Shown piece by piece: positions 17,244 to 26,674 of a stretch of 40,460 nucleotides of DNA. The notes beneath the pieces are model-generated. The model did no database searches and was not told where the DNA came from. It saw only the letters and a list, made by a program, of their open reading frames with translations. The DNA is taken from the UHGV virus genome UHGV-1390708, one strand, 5' to 3'. A program made the translations under genes and the position numbers. Source of the stretch: a virus. Position 1 is the stretch's first letter. Every line of letters begins with the position of its first letter.

Positions 17244-17428
17244 ACGCCACAATTCAAACGATACCAGAGCTTCTTATCCAGACACGAGGCAATCAGACCG
17301 AAGTGGCGAGGATGCTTTCCTGCGCAAGAGGAACGGTGCTCAAGTACAACCGAGACAGCAAAGGCGAACGCCACGTAATAGTTAACGGCGTCCTGATGGT
17401 CAAGCAGGGCAAGAGAGGAAGACGATGA
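17240..17428 (+). CDS. ninH: NinH-like protein
   Basis: 'TIPELLIQTRGNQTEVARMLSCARGTVLKY' resembles lambda NinH. Confidence 0.7.
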   Translation: MNATIQTIPELLIQTRGNQTEVARMLSCARGTVLKYNRDSKGERHVIVNGVLMVKQGKRGRR

Positions 17429-18048
17429 GACTCGAAAGCGTAGCTAAATTTCATTCGCCAAAAAGCCCGATGATGAGCGACTCACCACGGGCCACGGCTT
17501 CTGACTCTCTTTCCGGTACCGATGTGATGGCTGCTATGGGGATGGCGCAATCACAGGCCGGATTCGGAATGGCTGCATTCTGTGGTAAGCACGAACTCAG
17601 CCAGAATGACAAACAAAAGACTATCAACTATCTGATGCAATTTGCACACAAGGTATCGGGGAAATACCGTGGCGTGGCAAAGCTTGAAGGAAATACTAAG
17701 GCAAAGGTACTGCAAGTGCTCGCAACATTCGCTTATGCGGATTATTGCCGTAGTGCCGCGACGCCGGGCGCAAGATGCAGAGATTGCCACGGTACAGGTC
17801 GGGCAGTTGATATAGCAAAAACAGAGCAGTGGGGGAGAGTTGTTGAGAAAGAGTGCGGAAGATGCAAAGGTGTCGGCTATTCAAGAATGCCAGCAAGCGC
17901 CGCATATCGCGCTGTAACGATGCTAATCCCAAACCTTACTCAACCCACCTGGTCACGCACTGTTAAGCCGCTGTATGACGCTCTGGTGGTGCAATGCCAC
18001 AAAGAAGAGTCAATCGCAGACAACATTTTGAATGCGGTCACACGTTAG
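17425..18048 (+). CDS. Q: Late-gene antiterminator Q
   Basis: 207-aa ORF MRLESVAKFHSPKSPMMSDSPRATASDSL... matches lambda Q as I recall it. Confidence 0.9.
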   Translation: MRLESVAKFHSPKSPMMSDSPRATASDSLSGTDVMAAMGMAQSQAGFGMAAFCGKHELSQNDKQKTINYLMQFAHKVSGKYRGVAKLEGNTKAKVLQVLATFAYADYCRSAATPGARCRDCHGTGRAVDIAKTEQWGRVVEKECGRCKGVGYSRMPASAAYRAVTMLIPNLTQPTWSRTVKPLYDALVVQCHKEESIADNILNAVTR

Positions 18049-18090
18049 CAGCATGATTGCCACGGATGGCAACATATTAACGGCATGATA

Positions 18091-18119
18091 TTGACTTTTT
18101 GAATAAAGTTGGGTAAATT
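18091..18119 (+). promoter_or_regulatory. Late promoter pR' (-35 TTGACT, 17-bp spacer, -10 TAAATT) with the qut region downstream
   Basis: TTGACTttttgaataaagttgggTAAATT directly after Q. Confidence 0.6.
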
Positions 18120-18261
18120 TGACCCAACGATGGGTTAATTCGCTCGTTGTGGTAGTGAGATGAAAAGAGGCGGCGCTTACTACCGATTCCGCCTAGTTGG
18201 TCACTTCGACGTATCGTCTGGAACTCCAACCATCGCAGGCTGAGAGGTCTGCAAAATGCAA

Positions 18262-18318
18262 TCCCGAAACAGTTCGCAGGTAATAGTTAGAGCCTGCATA
18301 ACGGTTTCGGGATTTTTT
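18262..18318 (+). terminator. tR' terminator (3' end of the 6S-type late leader RNA)
   Basis: Stem tcccgaaac...gtttcggga followed by TTTTTT, about 195 nt downstream of the pR' start. Confidence 0.55.
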
Positions 18319-18716
18319 ATATCTGTGCAACAGGTAAGAGCATTCTCCTTTATGGGGCTTGGTTTAAATGCATTGAGTGCTCTTTCCGTTGTGCTGAATT
18401 AAGCGAATACCGGAAGCAGAACCGGATCACCAAATGCGTACAGGCGTCATCGCCGCCCAGCAATAGCACAACCCAAACTGAGCCGTAGCCACTGGCTATC
18501 CTGAATTCATCAGTGATAGTTACGCTGCGGCCTTCTACACATGATCTTCGTGAAAGCGGGTGACAGGAGGTCGCGCTAACAACCTCCTGCCGTTTTGCCC
18601 GTGCATATCGGTCACGAACAAATCTGATTACTAAACACAGTAGCCTGGATTTGTTCTATCAGTAATCGACCTTATTCCTAATTAAATAGAGCAAATCCCC
18701 TTATTGGGGGTAAGAC

Positions 18717-19040
18717 ATGAAGATGCCAGAAAAACATGACCTGTTAGCCGCCATTCTCGCGGCAAAGGAACAAGGCATCGGGGCAATCCTTGCGTTTGCA
18801 ATGGCGTACCTTCGCGGCAGATATAATGGCGGTGCGTTTACAAAAACAGTAATCGACGCAACGATGTGCGCCATTATCGCCTGGTTCATTCGTGACCTTC
18901 TCGACTTCGCCGGACTAAGTAGCAATCTCGCTTATATAACGAGCGTGTTCATCGGCTACATCGGTACTGACTCGATTGGTTCGCTTATCAAACGCTTCGC
19001 TGCTAAAAAAGCCGGAGTAGAAGATGGTGGAAATCAATAA
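18717..19040 (+). CDS. S: Holin S (dual-start, S107/S105 type)
   Basis: [39 protein letters not shown]... with Met1-Lys2-Met3 dual start; three transmembrane segments. Confidence 0.9.
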   Translation: MKMPEKHDLLAAILAAKEQGIGAILAFAMAYLRGRYNGGAFTKTVIDATMCAIIAWFIRDLLDFAGLSSNLAYITSVFIGYIGTDSIGSLIKRFAAKKAGVEDGGNQ

Positions 19041-19500
19041 TCAACGTAAGGCGTTCCTCGATATGCTGGCGTGGTCAGAGGGAACTGATAACGGACGACA
19101 GAAAACCAGAAATCATGGTTATGACGTCATTGTTGGCGGAGAGCTATTCACTGATTACTCTGATCACCCTCGCAAACTTGTCACGCTAAACCCAAAACTC
19201 AAATCAACAGCCGCCGGGCGTTACCAGCTTCTTTCCCGTTGGTGGGATGCCTATCGTAAGCAGCTTGGCCTGAAAGACTTCTCTCCGAAAAGCCAGGACG
19301 CTGTGGCACTGCAACAGATTAAAGAGCGTGGCGCTTTACCGATGATTGATCGCGGTGATATTCGTCAGGCAATCGACCGTTGCAGTAATATCTGGGCTTC
19401 ACTTCCGGGCGCTGGTTATGGTCAGTTCGAGCATAAGGCTGACAGCCTGATTGCAAAATTCAAAGAAGCAGGCGGAACGGTCAGAGAGATTGAGGTATGA
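19024..19500 (+). CDS. R: Endolysin R (lytic transglycosylase type)
   Basis: [39 protein letters not shown]... matches lambda R as I recall it. Confidence 0.9.
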   Translation: MVEINNQRKAFLDMLAWSEGTDNGRQKTRNHGYDVIVGGELFTDYSDHPRKLVTLNPKLKSTAAGRYQLLSRWWDAYRKQLGLKDFSPKSQDAVALQQIKERGALPMIDRGDIRQAIDRCSNIWASLPGAGYGQFEHKADSLIAKFKEAGGTVREIEV

Positions 19501-19964
19501 GCAGAGTAACCGCGATTATCTCCGCTCTGGTTATCTGCATCATCGTCTGCCTGTCGTGGGGGGTCAATCATTACCGTGATAACGCCATCGCCTACAAAGA
19601 ACAGCGTGATAAAAAAGTCAGTGAGCTGAAGCAGGCGACTGCCACCATTACTGACATGCAGCAGCGCCAGCGTACTGCTGATGCACTAGATGCTAAATAC
19701 ACGAAGGAGTTAGCTGATGCGAAAGCTGAAAATGATGCTCTTCGGCGCAAGCTTGATAATGGTGGCAGGGTGCTCGTCAAAGGAAAATGCCCTGTGCCAG
19801 CCTCAACCGAAACCTCCCGCGCCTCCGGCATGGGCAATGATGCCACCGTCGAACTCTCTCCAGTTGCTGGACGAAACGTTCTCGGTGTCCGGGACGGAAT
19901 CATCCGCGACCAGACAGCACTGAGAACGCTTCAGGAATACATCAGGACGCAATGCCTTCGATGA
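19497..19964 (+). CDS. Rz: i-spanin Rz
   Basis: N-terminal transmembrane helix ([16 protein letters not shown]) plus coiled coil; lambda-like N-terminus with a divergent C-terminus. Confidence 0.85.
   Translation: MSRVTAIISALVICIIVCLSWGVNHYRDNAIAYKEQRDKKVSELKQATATITDMQQRQRTADALDAKYTKELADAKAENDALRRKLDNGGRVLVKGKCPVPASTETSRASGMGNDATVELSPVAGRNVLGVRDGIIRDQTALRTLQEYIRTQCLR
19717..19923 (+). CDS. Rz1: o-spanin Rz1 (embedded in Rz, +1 frame)
   Basis: Lipobox 'LIMVAGCSS' and a proline-rich stretch; entirely nested inside Rz. Confidence 0.7.
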   Translation: MRKLKMMLFGASLIMVAGCSSKENALCQPQPKPPAPPAWAMMPPSNSLQLLDETFSVSGTESSATRQH

Positions 19965-20118
19965 TAGCGATAATTTTACTCATCATCCTTCACATCTGGC
20001 TCTGTAGACAGGGTGGTGATCACTTCTGGAGTAAATCCAGATTAAACATCTCATTGCTGATGCTTGATATTGAGCATCTGGCGCGCGGTAAGGGGCTGCG
20101 TTGAGATAAGAGCCAGTT

Positions 20119-20162
20119 CATTACAAATACCAGGATTTAGCCTCGCATTCGCGGGGTTTTTT
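20119..20162 (+). repeat. Junction motif copy 1 (ATTACAAA plus hairpin and T-run)
   Basis: cATTACAAAtaccagg...cctcgcattcgcggggTTTTTT upstream of the DUF2829 gene. Confidence 0.5.
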
Positions 20163-20186
20163 ATTCCCAACTCCATAGGTAATTTT

Positions 20187-20666
20187 ATGACCCAGCATAT
20201 TGGCGTAAAACTGATTAACGCCTTTCCGATGACGAGACAGGCATATAACGATTTTCGTGGCTGGCAGCTTCCTGCCGGAGAAAACGGCGAGGACGAAGGC
20301 TATCTGGTTGAATATCTGGATGGCGGAAAACCTAACACCGATCGCTTTGATGGCTACGTTAGCTGGAGTCCAAAAGAAGTATTCGAAAGGGCTTATCGTC
20401 CGGTATCAGGACTAAGTTTCGGCCTTGCCATGGAAGCGTTAAAACAGGGCAAAAGTTTGCAGCGGGCAGGATGGAATGGGAAAGACCAGTTTGTTTATCT
20501 CGTGAAAGGGGAAAAATTAGCGTCTGCGTTGGGTTATGGCTTTGGCGAATATGTTGGCGAGCCAACTTTCAATGACACGCTTGTATTGAAAAACTCACAG
20601 AACCGCCTTGCTACATGGGTTCCATCCATTGGCGACCTGATGGCTGAAGACTGGCAAATCATTTAA
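20187..20666 (+). CDS. DUF2829 (Tad2-like) domain protein with a unique N-terminal extension
   Basis: C-terminal ~85 aa 'AMEALKQGKSLQRAGWNGKDQFVYLV...ATWVPSIGDLMAEDWQII' fits my recollection of the DUF2829 signature (GWNGKG ... LAEDWE). The track's 20064 start was rejected. Confidence 0.6.
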   Translation: MTQHIGVKLINAFPMTRQAYNDFRGWQLPAGENGEDEGYLVEYLDGGKPNTDRFDGYVSWSPKEVFERAYRPVSGLSFGLAMEALKQGKSLQRAGWNGKDQFVYLVKGEKLASALGYGFGEYVGEPTFNDTLVLKNSQNRLATWVPSIGDLMAEDWQII

Positions 20667-20676
20667 CCATGTAGTC

Positions 20677-20710
20677 ATTACAAAGCCCATCAACGGGTGG
20701 GCTTGATAAT
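20677..20710 (+). repeat. Junction motif copy 2 (ATTACAAA-GCCCA-loop-TGGGCTT-GATAATG)
   Basis: Directly after the DUF2829 gene stop. Confidence 0.5.
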
Positions 20711-20899
20711 GAAACCGGAATTTATTCTAGGCAACCAGTTACGGCAGTACCGCGAAACAACCCAAGCCAGTAAGTGGGGAAATAACACTGGCAGCCACTG
20801 AAAGATGAACCTCCAGCCTTATGGCAAAAAAGATTCTTTGTGGTGGCGGACTGATGGAAAGACATCCTAATCAAGCAACCACTCTACAGGGTCATAATT

Positions 20900-21271
20900 A
20901 TGAACGACCAGCAAATCGAAAAAGAAATTGTTGAGAAAGGCAAAACGGCACCGCGCGTTACGCCAGACCATATCGAAGGAATTATTGCTCAGGAGGCATA
21001 TTTCACAGCAGAGGATGGTGCCTTTGGCAAAGCCATAAAAGCGAAACATACTGGCGGAGAGGTAAACTACCAGCCGCACGAATCACTTTCTCTGCTGACG
21101 TTCTGCGTCCTGGTGCTGCGCAACGGCTTCACCGTCACCGGAGAGAGTTCCTGTGCAAGTCCGGAAAATTTTGATGCAGAAATTGGTCGGAAGATTGCCC
21201 GGCAGAATGCTGTAAACAAAATCTGGATGCTCGAAGGTTACTTGCTGAAGCAGAAGCTAAGCGAACAGTAG
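20900..21271 (+). CDS. Hypothetical cargo protein (123 aa)
   Basis: ORF between the lysis and packaging modules; flanked by the ATTACAAA junction motif. Confidence 0.6.
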   Translation: MNDQQIEKEIVEKGKTAPRVTPDHIEGIIAQEAYFTAEDGAFGKAIKAKHTGGEVNYQPHESLSLLTFCVLVLRNGFTVTGESSCASPENFDAEIGRKIARQNAVNKIWMLEGYLLKQKLSEQ

Positions 21272-21273
21272 TT

Positions 21274-21315
21274 ATTACAAAAGCCATTCCCTACAGAGTG
21301 GCTTTGATAATGGCT
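21274..21315 (+). repeat. Junction motif copy 3 (ATTACAAAA-GCCA-loop-TGGCTTT-GATAATG)
   Basis: Directly after the 123-aa gene stop. Confidence 0.5.
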
Positions 21316-21374
21316 TATACCCTACACGGGATAACTTAACTGATATCCCTTTTAACGGATAAACGGAGCCAACA

Positions 21375-21617
21375 ATGGCAGAGATTATTCCCATGACTGA
21401 AGAACAGAAATTCCAGTTAGAGATTTACAAGCTGGTCATGAACCAGAACGCAGCCGCAGAAGAAGCATTTCAATTCATCGGCACTGACGAGCTGAAGCTT
21501 GAGCTATTCAAAATTCACTTCCAGTCAGGCGGCGCTAATTCAGATATCACGACCCGTACTATCGAAGCGGTGCGTAAATCGAAGGAAGCGTTAGACCTGT
21601 TCACCACCGGAACATAA
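21375..21617 (+). CDS. Hypothetical protein (80 aa)
   Basis: ORF with GGAG Shine-Dalgarno, immediately upstream of the small terminase. Confidence 0.55.
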   Translation: MAEIIPMTEEQKFQLEIYKLVMNQNAAAEEAFQFIGTDELKLELFKIHFQSGGANSDITTRTIEAVRKSKEALDLFTTGT

Positions 21618-21619
21618 AC

Positions 21620-22060
21620 ATGGCGCGCCCAACGAAGTATCAAGAGGCGTATGCCGAACAGGCACGCAAACTGTGCTTGCTGGGCTATACAGACGCCGAA
21701 CTCGCTGACTTCTTTGAAGTTAGCGAGGCAACAATCAACAATTGGAAATTGGAATATCCGGAGTTTTTAGAGTCCATAAAAAAGGGTAAGGCCGTCGCTG
21801 ATGCAGAAGTTAGTGATCGTCTTTATCAACGCGCTATGGGCTTCGTGGCTCCAGACATCGATATTCGTGTTATTGAAAACAGAATTGTCGAAACTCCGCT
21901 TGAGAAGTATTACCCGCCAGATACAACAGCTGCCATCTTCTGGCTTAAGAACCGACAGAAGGATAAATGGCGCGACAAGGTTGATCACGAGCTAACAGGC
22001 AAAGACGGCGGCGCAATCCAGATTGAAACATCACCGATGAGCACTCTATTCGGAAAATGA
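21620..22060 (+). CDS. Terminase small subunit (putative)
   Basis: 146-aa ORF directly upstream of the large terminase; HTH-like 'ATINNWKLEYPEF'. Confidence 0.6.
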   Translation: MARPTKYQEAYAEQARKLCLLGYTDAELADFFEVSEATINNWKLEYPEFLESIKKGKAVADAEVSDRLYQRAMGFVAPDIDIRVIENRIVETPLEKYYPPDTTAAIFWLKNRQKDKWRDKVDHELTGKDGGAIQIETSPMSTLFGK

Positions 22061-23472
22061 CCTCGATTAATCCTATCTTTGAACCGTTCATTGAGGCGCA
22101 TCGCTACAAAGTCGCCAAAGGCGGTCGAGGTAGCGGTAAATCATGGGCAATTGCTAGGCTGCTTGTTGAAGCGGCGCGTCGGCAGCCAGTGCGTATTCTT
22201 TGCGCTCGTGAACTGCAAAACAGTATCAGCGATTCGGTAATCCGGTTGCTTGAAGACACCATAGAGCGGGAAGGGTATTCGGCTGAGTTTGAAATTCAGC
22301 GTTCAATGATTCGTCATCTCGGAACGAATGCTGAATTCATGTTCTACGGCATAAAAAACAACCCGACGAAGATTAAATCGCTCGAAGGCATTGATATCTG
22401 CTGGGTGGAAGAAGCGGAAGCGGTAACGAAGGAATCGTGGGATATCCTGATTCCAACCATCCGCAAGCCGTTTTCCGAAATATGGGTGAGCTTTAACCCG
22501 AAAAATATCCTCGACGATACCTATCAGCGATTCGTTGTAAATCCTCCCGATGATATTTGTCTGCTGACGGTGAACTACACCGACAACCCGCACTTTCCTG
22601 AAGTTCTCCGTCTGGAGATGGAAGAGTGTAAACGCAGAAATCCGACACTGTATCGTCACATCTGGCTTGGTGAGCCAGTGAGCGCAAGTGATATGGCAAT
22701 CATCAAACGAGAATGGCTTGAAGCCGCAACCGATGCGCACAAGAAACTCGGATGGAAGGCGAAAGGCGCTGTTGTCTCTGCACATGACCCGTCAGATACA
22801 GGGCCAGATGCTAAAGGTTACGCATCGCGCCACGGTTCGGTAGTTAAGCGCATTGCCGAAGGTCTGCTGATGGACATCAACGATGGTGCTGACTGGGCTA
22901 CTTCGCTGGCGATTGAAGACGGCGCTGACCACTACTTGTGGGATGGTGATGGTGTTGGTGCCGGGCTACGCAGACAGACAACGGAAGCGTTCTCCGGCAA
23001 GAAAATCACCGCCACGATGTTCAAGGGCAGCGAATCGCCATTCGATGAAGATGCACCGTATCAGGCCGGAGCATGGGCTGATGAAGTCGTACAGGGTGAC
23101 AACGTTCGCACTATTGGCGATGTGTTCCGCAATAAGCGAGCGCAATTCTATTACGCACTGGCTGACAGGCTGTATCTGACATATCGGGCGGTTGTCTACG
23201 GTGAGTATGCAGACCCCGACGACATGCTGAGTTTCGACAAAGAAGCGATAGGCGAGAAGATGCTGGAGAAGCTGTTTGCAGAACTGACGCAGATTCAGCG
23301 CAAATTCAATAACAACGGGAAGCTGGAGCTTATGACTAAGGTCGAAATGAAGCAGAAGCTCGGTATTCCATCTCCTAACCTGGCTGATGCGCTGATGATG
23401 TGTATGCATTGCCCGGAGTCGGCTGCGCAACCCGACTATTCCAGTTACTCAATTCCTTGTGGTGTAGGTTGA
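22057..23472 (+). CDS. Terminase large subunit
   Basis: Walker A 'KVAKGGRGSGKSWA'; C-terminal nuclease-type region; 471 aa. Confidence 0.9.
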   Translation: MTSINPIFEPFIEAHRYKVAKGGRGSGKSWAIARLLVEAARRQPVRILCARELQNSISDSVIRLLEDTIEREGYSAEFEIQRSMIRHLGTNAEFMFYGIKNNPTKIKSLEGIDICWVEEAEAVTKESWDILIPTIRKPFSEIWVSFNPKNILDDTYQRFVVNPPDDICLLTVNYTDNPHFPEVLRLEMEECKRRNPTLYRHIWLGEPVSASDMAIIKREWLEAATDAHKKLGWKAKGAVVSAHDPSDTGPDAKGYASRHGSVVKRIAEGLLMDINDGADWATSLAIEDGADHYLWDGDGVGAGLRRQTTEAFSGKKITATMFKGSESPFDEDAPYQAGAWADEVVQGDNVRTIGDVFRNKRAQFYYALADRLYLTYRAVVYGEYADPDDMLSFDKEAIGEKMLEKLFAELTQIQRKFNNNGKLELMTKVEMKQKLGIPSPNLADALMMCMHCPESAAQPDYSSYSIPCGVG

Positions 23473-23473
23473 T

Positions 23474-25672
23474 ATGGCAGAAAAAAAGATGACTGACTGG
23501 CATCGCAAGGTGCTGTGCAACTTTGATAATGCCTGGTCAGCAACGCAGGATATGCGTGAGCAGATTATTGAGGCTCAACGTTTCGTCCGGGTGTCCGGCG
23601 CACAGTGGGAAGGCAGCACAAACGCTGGTTACTCATTTGATGAAGGCAGGTTTGAGCATTACCCGCGCTTTGAACTGAATAAGATTGCCCGTGAATGTGA
23701 TCGCATCATTGGCGAGTATCGACAGAATCGCATCAGCGTTAAATTCAGGCCGAAGGATGACAAGGCATCGGAAGCGTTAGCCGAAAAAATGAACGGCAAA
23801 TTCCGCGCTGACTATCAGGAAACATCCGGTGGCGAAGCGTGTGATAACGCATTTGATGATGCCGTAACGGGCGGATTCGGTTGTTTCCGCATGTGTGCCG
23901 ATTACGAAGATGAAATGGATCCGAGTAACGAGCAACGCCGTATAAGCCTTCTCCCTGTTTACGACCCAGCGACATGCGTCTTCTTTGATCAGGACAGCAA
24001 GCAATATGACCGCTCTGATGCTATGTGGGCTATGGAAATGTTCTCCATGACGCCCAAAGCGTTCGAGGCTGAATACCCTGATTCCATCGCGGCAAGCCTT
24101 TCTCGTGATGACACTGGTACTCAGTATGACTGGTCAACGCCTGACGCCATCTATGTTGGACGTTACTACGAAGTCCGCATAGAGAAGGTGAAGCTCACAG
24201 CATGGCGTAACCCTGTCAGCGGAGAAACGGCAATCTATGATGAAGAGCAAATCAAAGATATTGTCGACGAGCTGACCGATGGTGCATTCGAACTGATTGG
24301 TGAGCGGACAGTGAAGAAACGCCGAGTTTATTGCGGTCTTCTGTCTGGCGCTGAATGGCTGGAAGAACCGAAGCGTATTCCGGGCGAACATATTCCTCTC
24401 ATCCCGGTATATGGGCGTCGCTCATTTGTTGATAATCAGGAGCGAATCGAAGGCCACGCAGCAAAAGCGATGGATGCACAGCGTCTTGAGAACCTGATGG
24501 TTTCCATGATTGCAGATAACGCTACTCAGGCTGGCGGTGATGGCATTCCTGTAGTTGATGTTGACATGATTCCTGGTCCTCTCGCCAATCATTGGGCGGA
24601 GCGCAACAAAAAGCGCCCGGCGTTCCTGCCGATGGTCAGTCTGAAAAACAAAAACGGAGATATTACTGCGCAGGCTCAGGTCAGCAGTTATACGCCTCCG
24701 ACACAAATGCCTCCAGCTCTTGCCGGGCTATTGCAGTACACCGGAACGGCTATTCAGCAAATTACAGGTGCGTCGCAGCTTGAGAACATGCCGAGCAACG
24801 TCGCCACCGATACCGTTGATAGCATCTTTAACCGGATGGATACGCAGTCCTATATCTACATGGACAACATGGCTAAATCCATGCGTCGCGCTGGCGTTGT
24901 GTGGCTTTCTATGGCTCGTGAAGTCTATGGCAGCGATACGCCAATGCGCATCGTTAATGAGGACGGCAGCGATGACGTGGCGCTGATGACTGGTGAAGTG
25001 GTTGACCGTCAGACAGGGCAGGTTATCGCGCTTAACGACCTTTCGCAGGGTAACTATGAAGTGACTGTCGATGTCGGTCAGTCGTTCGCTACTCGCCGTG
25101 ATGCAACGGTTAAGTCGTTACTTTCCATGCTGGCACTTATCCCACCAGGAACGCCGAAGCACGACCTTGTATCGTCGATGATTCTCGACAATATGGACGG
25201 CGAAGGGATGGACGACCTGAAAGAATACAACCGCAATCAGTTGCTTCTGTCTGGCGTTATCAAGCCGAGAACGCCTGAAGAACAGCAGATGGTTGAACAG
25301 GCGAAACAACAACAGGCCAGTCAGCCAGATCCGGCTATGGTTGCAGCGCAAGGTCAGCTTCTTGCTGGTCAGGCTGAATTACAGAAAGCGCAGAACGAAC
25401 AGGCAGCCATTCAGGTTAAAGCATTCCAGGCACAGACTGATGCTCAGGTTGCTGCGGCAAATGTTGTGAAAATCCTCGCATCTGCCGATAGCCAGCAGAA
25501 ATCTGATATCCGCGAGGCTCTGAAACTGCTCGGACAGTTCCAGCAACAGCAAGGAGATAATGCCCGTGCTGATGCAGAGCTTGTCCTGAAAAGTCAGGCA
25601 CAGGGCCATGCACAACGAATGGACATCAGCAGCATCCTGCAAAAATCAACCCAGCAACAACCACAGCAGTAA
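23474..25672 (+). CDS. Portal protein (P22 gp1-like)
   Basis: 732 aa; collinear with P22 portal as I recall it ('KRRVY...GEHIPLIPVYG'; C-terminal Q/A-rich barrel 'DPAMVAAQGQLLAGQAELQKAQN'). Confidence 0.9.
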   Translation: MAEKKMTDWHRKVLCNFDNAWSATQDMREQIIEAQRFVRVSGAQWEGSTNAGYSFDEGRFEHYPRFELNKIARECDRIIGEYRQNRISVKFRPKDDKASEALAEKMNGKFRADYQETSGGEACDNAFDDAVTGGFGCFRMCADYEDEMDPSNEQRRISLLPVYDPATCVFFDQDSKQYDRSDAMWAMEMFSMTPKAFEAEYPDSIAASLSRDDTGTQYDWSTPDAIYVGRYYEVRIEKVKLTAWRNPVSGETAIYDEEQIKDIVDELTDGAFELIGERTVKKRRVYCGLLSGAEWLEEPKRIPGEHIPLIPVYGRRSFVDNQERIEGHAAKAMDAQRLENLMVSMIADNATQAGGDGIPVVDVDMIPGPLANHWAERNKKRPAFLPMVSLKNKNGDITAQAQVSSYTPPTQMPPALAGLLQYTGTAIQQITGASQLENMPSNVATDTVDSIFNRMDTQSYIYMDNMAKSMRRAGVVWLSMAREVYGSDTPMRIVNEDGSDDVALMTGEVVDRQTGQVIALNDLSQGNYEVTVDVGQSFATRRDATVKSLLSMLALIPPGTPKHDLVSSMILDNMDGEGMDDLKEYNRNQLLLSGVIKPRTPEEQQMVEQAKQQQASQPDPAMVAAQGQLLAGQAELQKAQNEQAAIQVKAFQAQTDAQVAAANVVKILASADSQQKSDIREALKLLGQFQQQQGDNARADAELVLKSQAQGHAQRMDISSILQKSTQQQPQQ

Positions 25673-25762
25673 TTAACCCATAACGTGCAATGGCTGTCTT
25701 TATGAGGCCTGGCACCCTATTGCCTTCCGATGGGCTGAACATCGAGTAAACAGGGGTAACAA

Positions 25763-26656
25763 ATGGACCAGATGGCAGAAAACACACCAGAAGTTGAAAT
25801 CGAAACCGACGCGTCAGAGCAGATTCCTGATGATGTCGAACTGGCTGAAGAAGTCGAAAAAGCAGATGGCAGTGAGTCCTCAGGAAATGATGCAGAGGAA
25901 GCTACTGACACTGATGACGACGAATCAGAACAGGAATTCTACTTTGGTGACGAAAAGCTGGATTCGCCAACCAGCGAAGATAGCGCAGAGCATGGACTGG
26001 TAAAACACCTGCGCAAGACGATTAAAGAGAAAGACCGCGAGCTGAAAGAGCTGATGCGTCAGTCTCAGAAACCCGTCGAGCAGCAGCCGGTAATCACTCA
26101 ACCACCGCGAATGCCAAAACTGGATGATGAGGACATCGGTTTCGATGAAGAAATCTACCAGCAACGCATGGCTAAGTGGGCGGAGGACAACGGCAAATAC
26201 CAGCAACAGGAGATGGCTCGCAAGCAGAAGGAGCAGGAGCTTCAGGCTGCCTATCAAGAGCGATTATCCAAATATCAGCAACGTGTTAAGGCTCTCAAGG
26301 TTCCTGGCTATCAGGAAGCTGAACAGGCCGTACTCGAGGAAATCCCCATAGAGACACAAAACGCGATCCTGTTTGAGTCAGAGAAGCCGGAAATCGTTGT
26401 TCTGGCGCTCGGTCGCAACGCTGAACTGCGCAAGCAACTGGCAGAAGCTACCAACCCCGTAGCAATTGGTCGTCTGCTGGAACGTATCGAATCGAAGGCA
26501 AGAATCATGCCAAAAGCAAAAACCACGGCAGCCACAACCCCGACAGTTAAGGGGAGCAACGGCGCAGTAATCAATAACCTCGACAAACTGAAAGCCAAGG
26601 CGCTGGAAACTGGTGACTGGACGCCGTATTTCGCCGCTAAAAAGGCAAAAAAATAA
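25763..26656 (+). CDS. Scaffolding protein (P22 gp8-like)
   Basis: Acidic N-terminus, helical Q/E/K-rich body, basic C-terminus; between portal and coat. Confidence 0.75.
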   Translation: MDQMAENTPEVEIETDASEQIPDDVELAEEVEKADGSESSGNDAEEATDTDDDESEQEFYFGDEKLDSPTSEDSAEHGLVKHLRKTIKEKDRELKELMRQSQKPVEQQPVITQPPRMPKLDDEDIGFDEEIYQQRMAKWAEDNGKYQQQEMARKQKEQELQAAYQERLSKYQQRVKALKVPGYQEAEQAVLEEIPIETQNAILFESEKPEIVVLALGRNAELRKQLAEATNPVAIGRLLERIESKARIMPKAKTTAATTPTVKGSNGAVINNLDKLKAKALETGDWTPYFAAKKAKK

Positions 26657-26674
26657 CCTATCGGAGCATTAAGC

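Noticed and set aside
20064-20186. N-terminal extension of the DUF2829 ORF (track start at 20064)
   Set aside because: The extension overlaps a hairpin and T-run and has no RBS; the internal Met at 20187 begins the plausible protein.
22303-23430. Antisense ORFs (160, 68 and 154 aa) within the large terminase gene
   Set aside because: Fully nested antisense to a strongly supported gene; no RBS.
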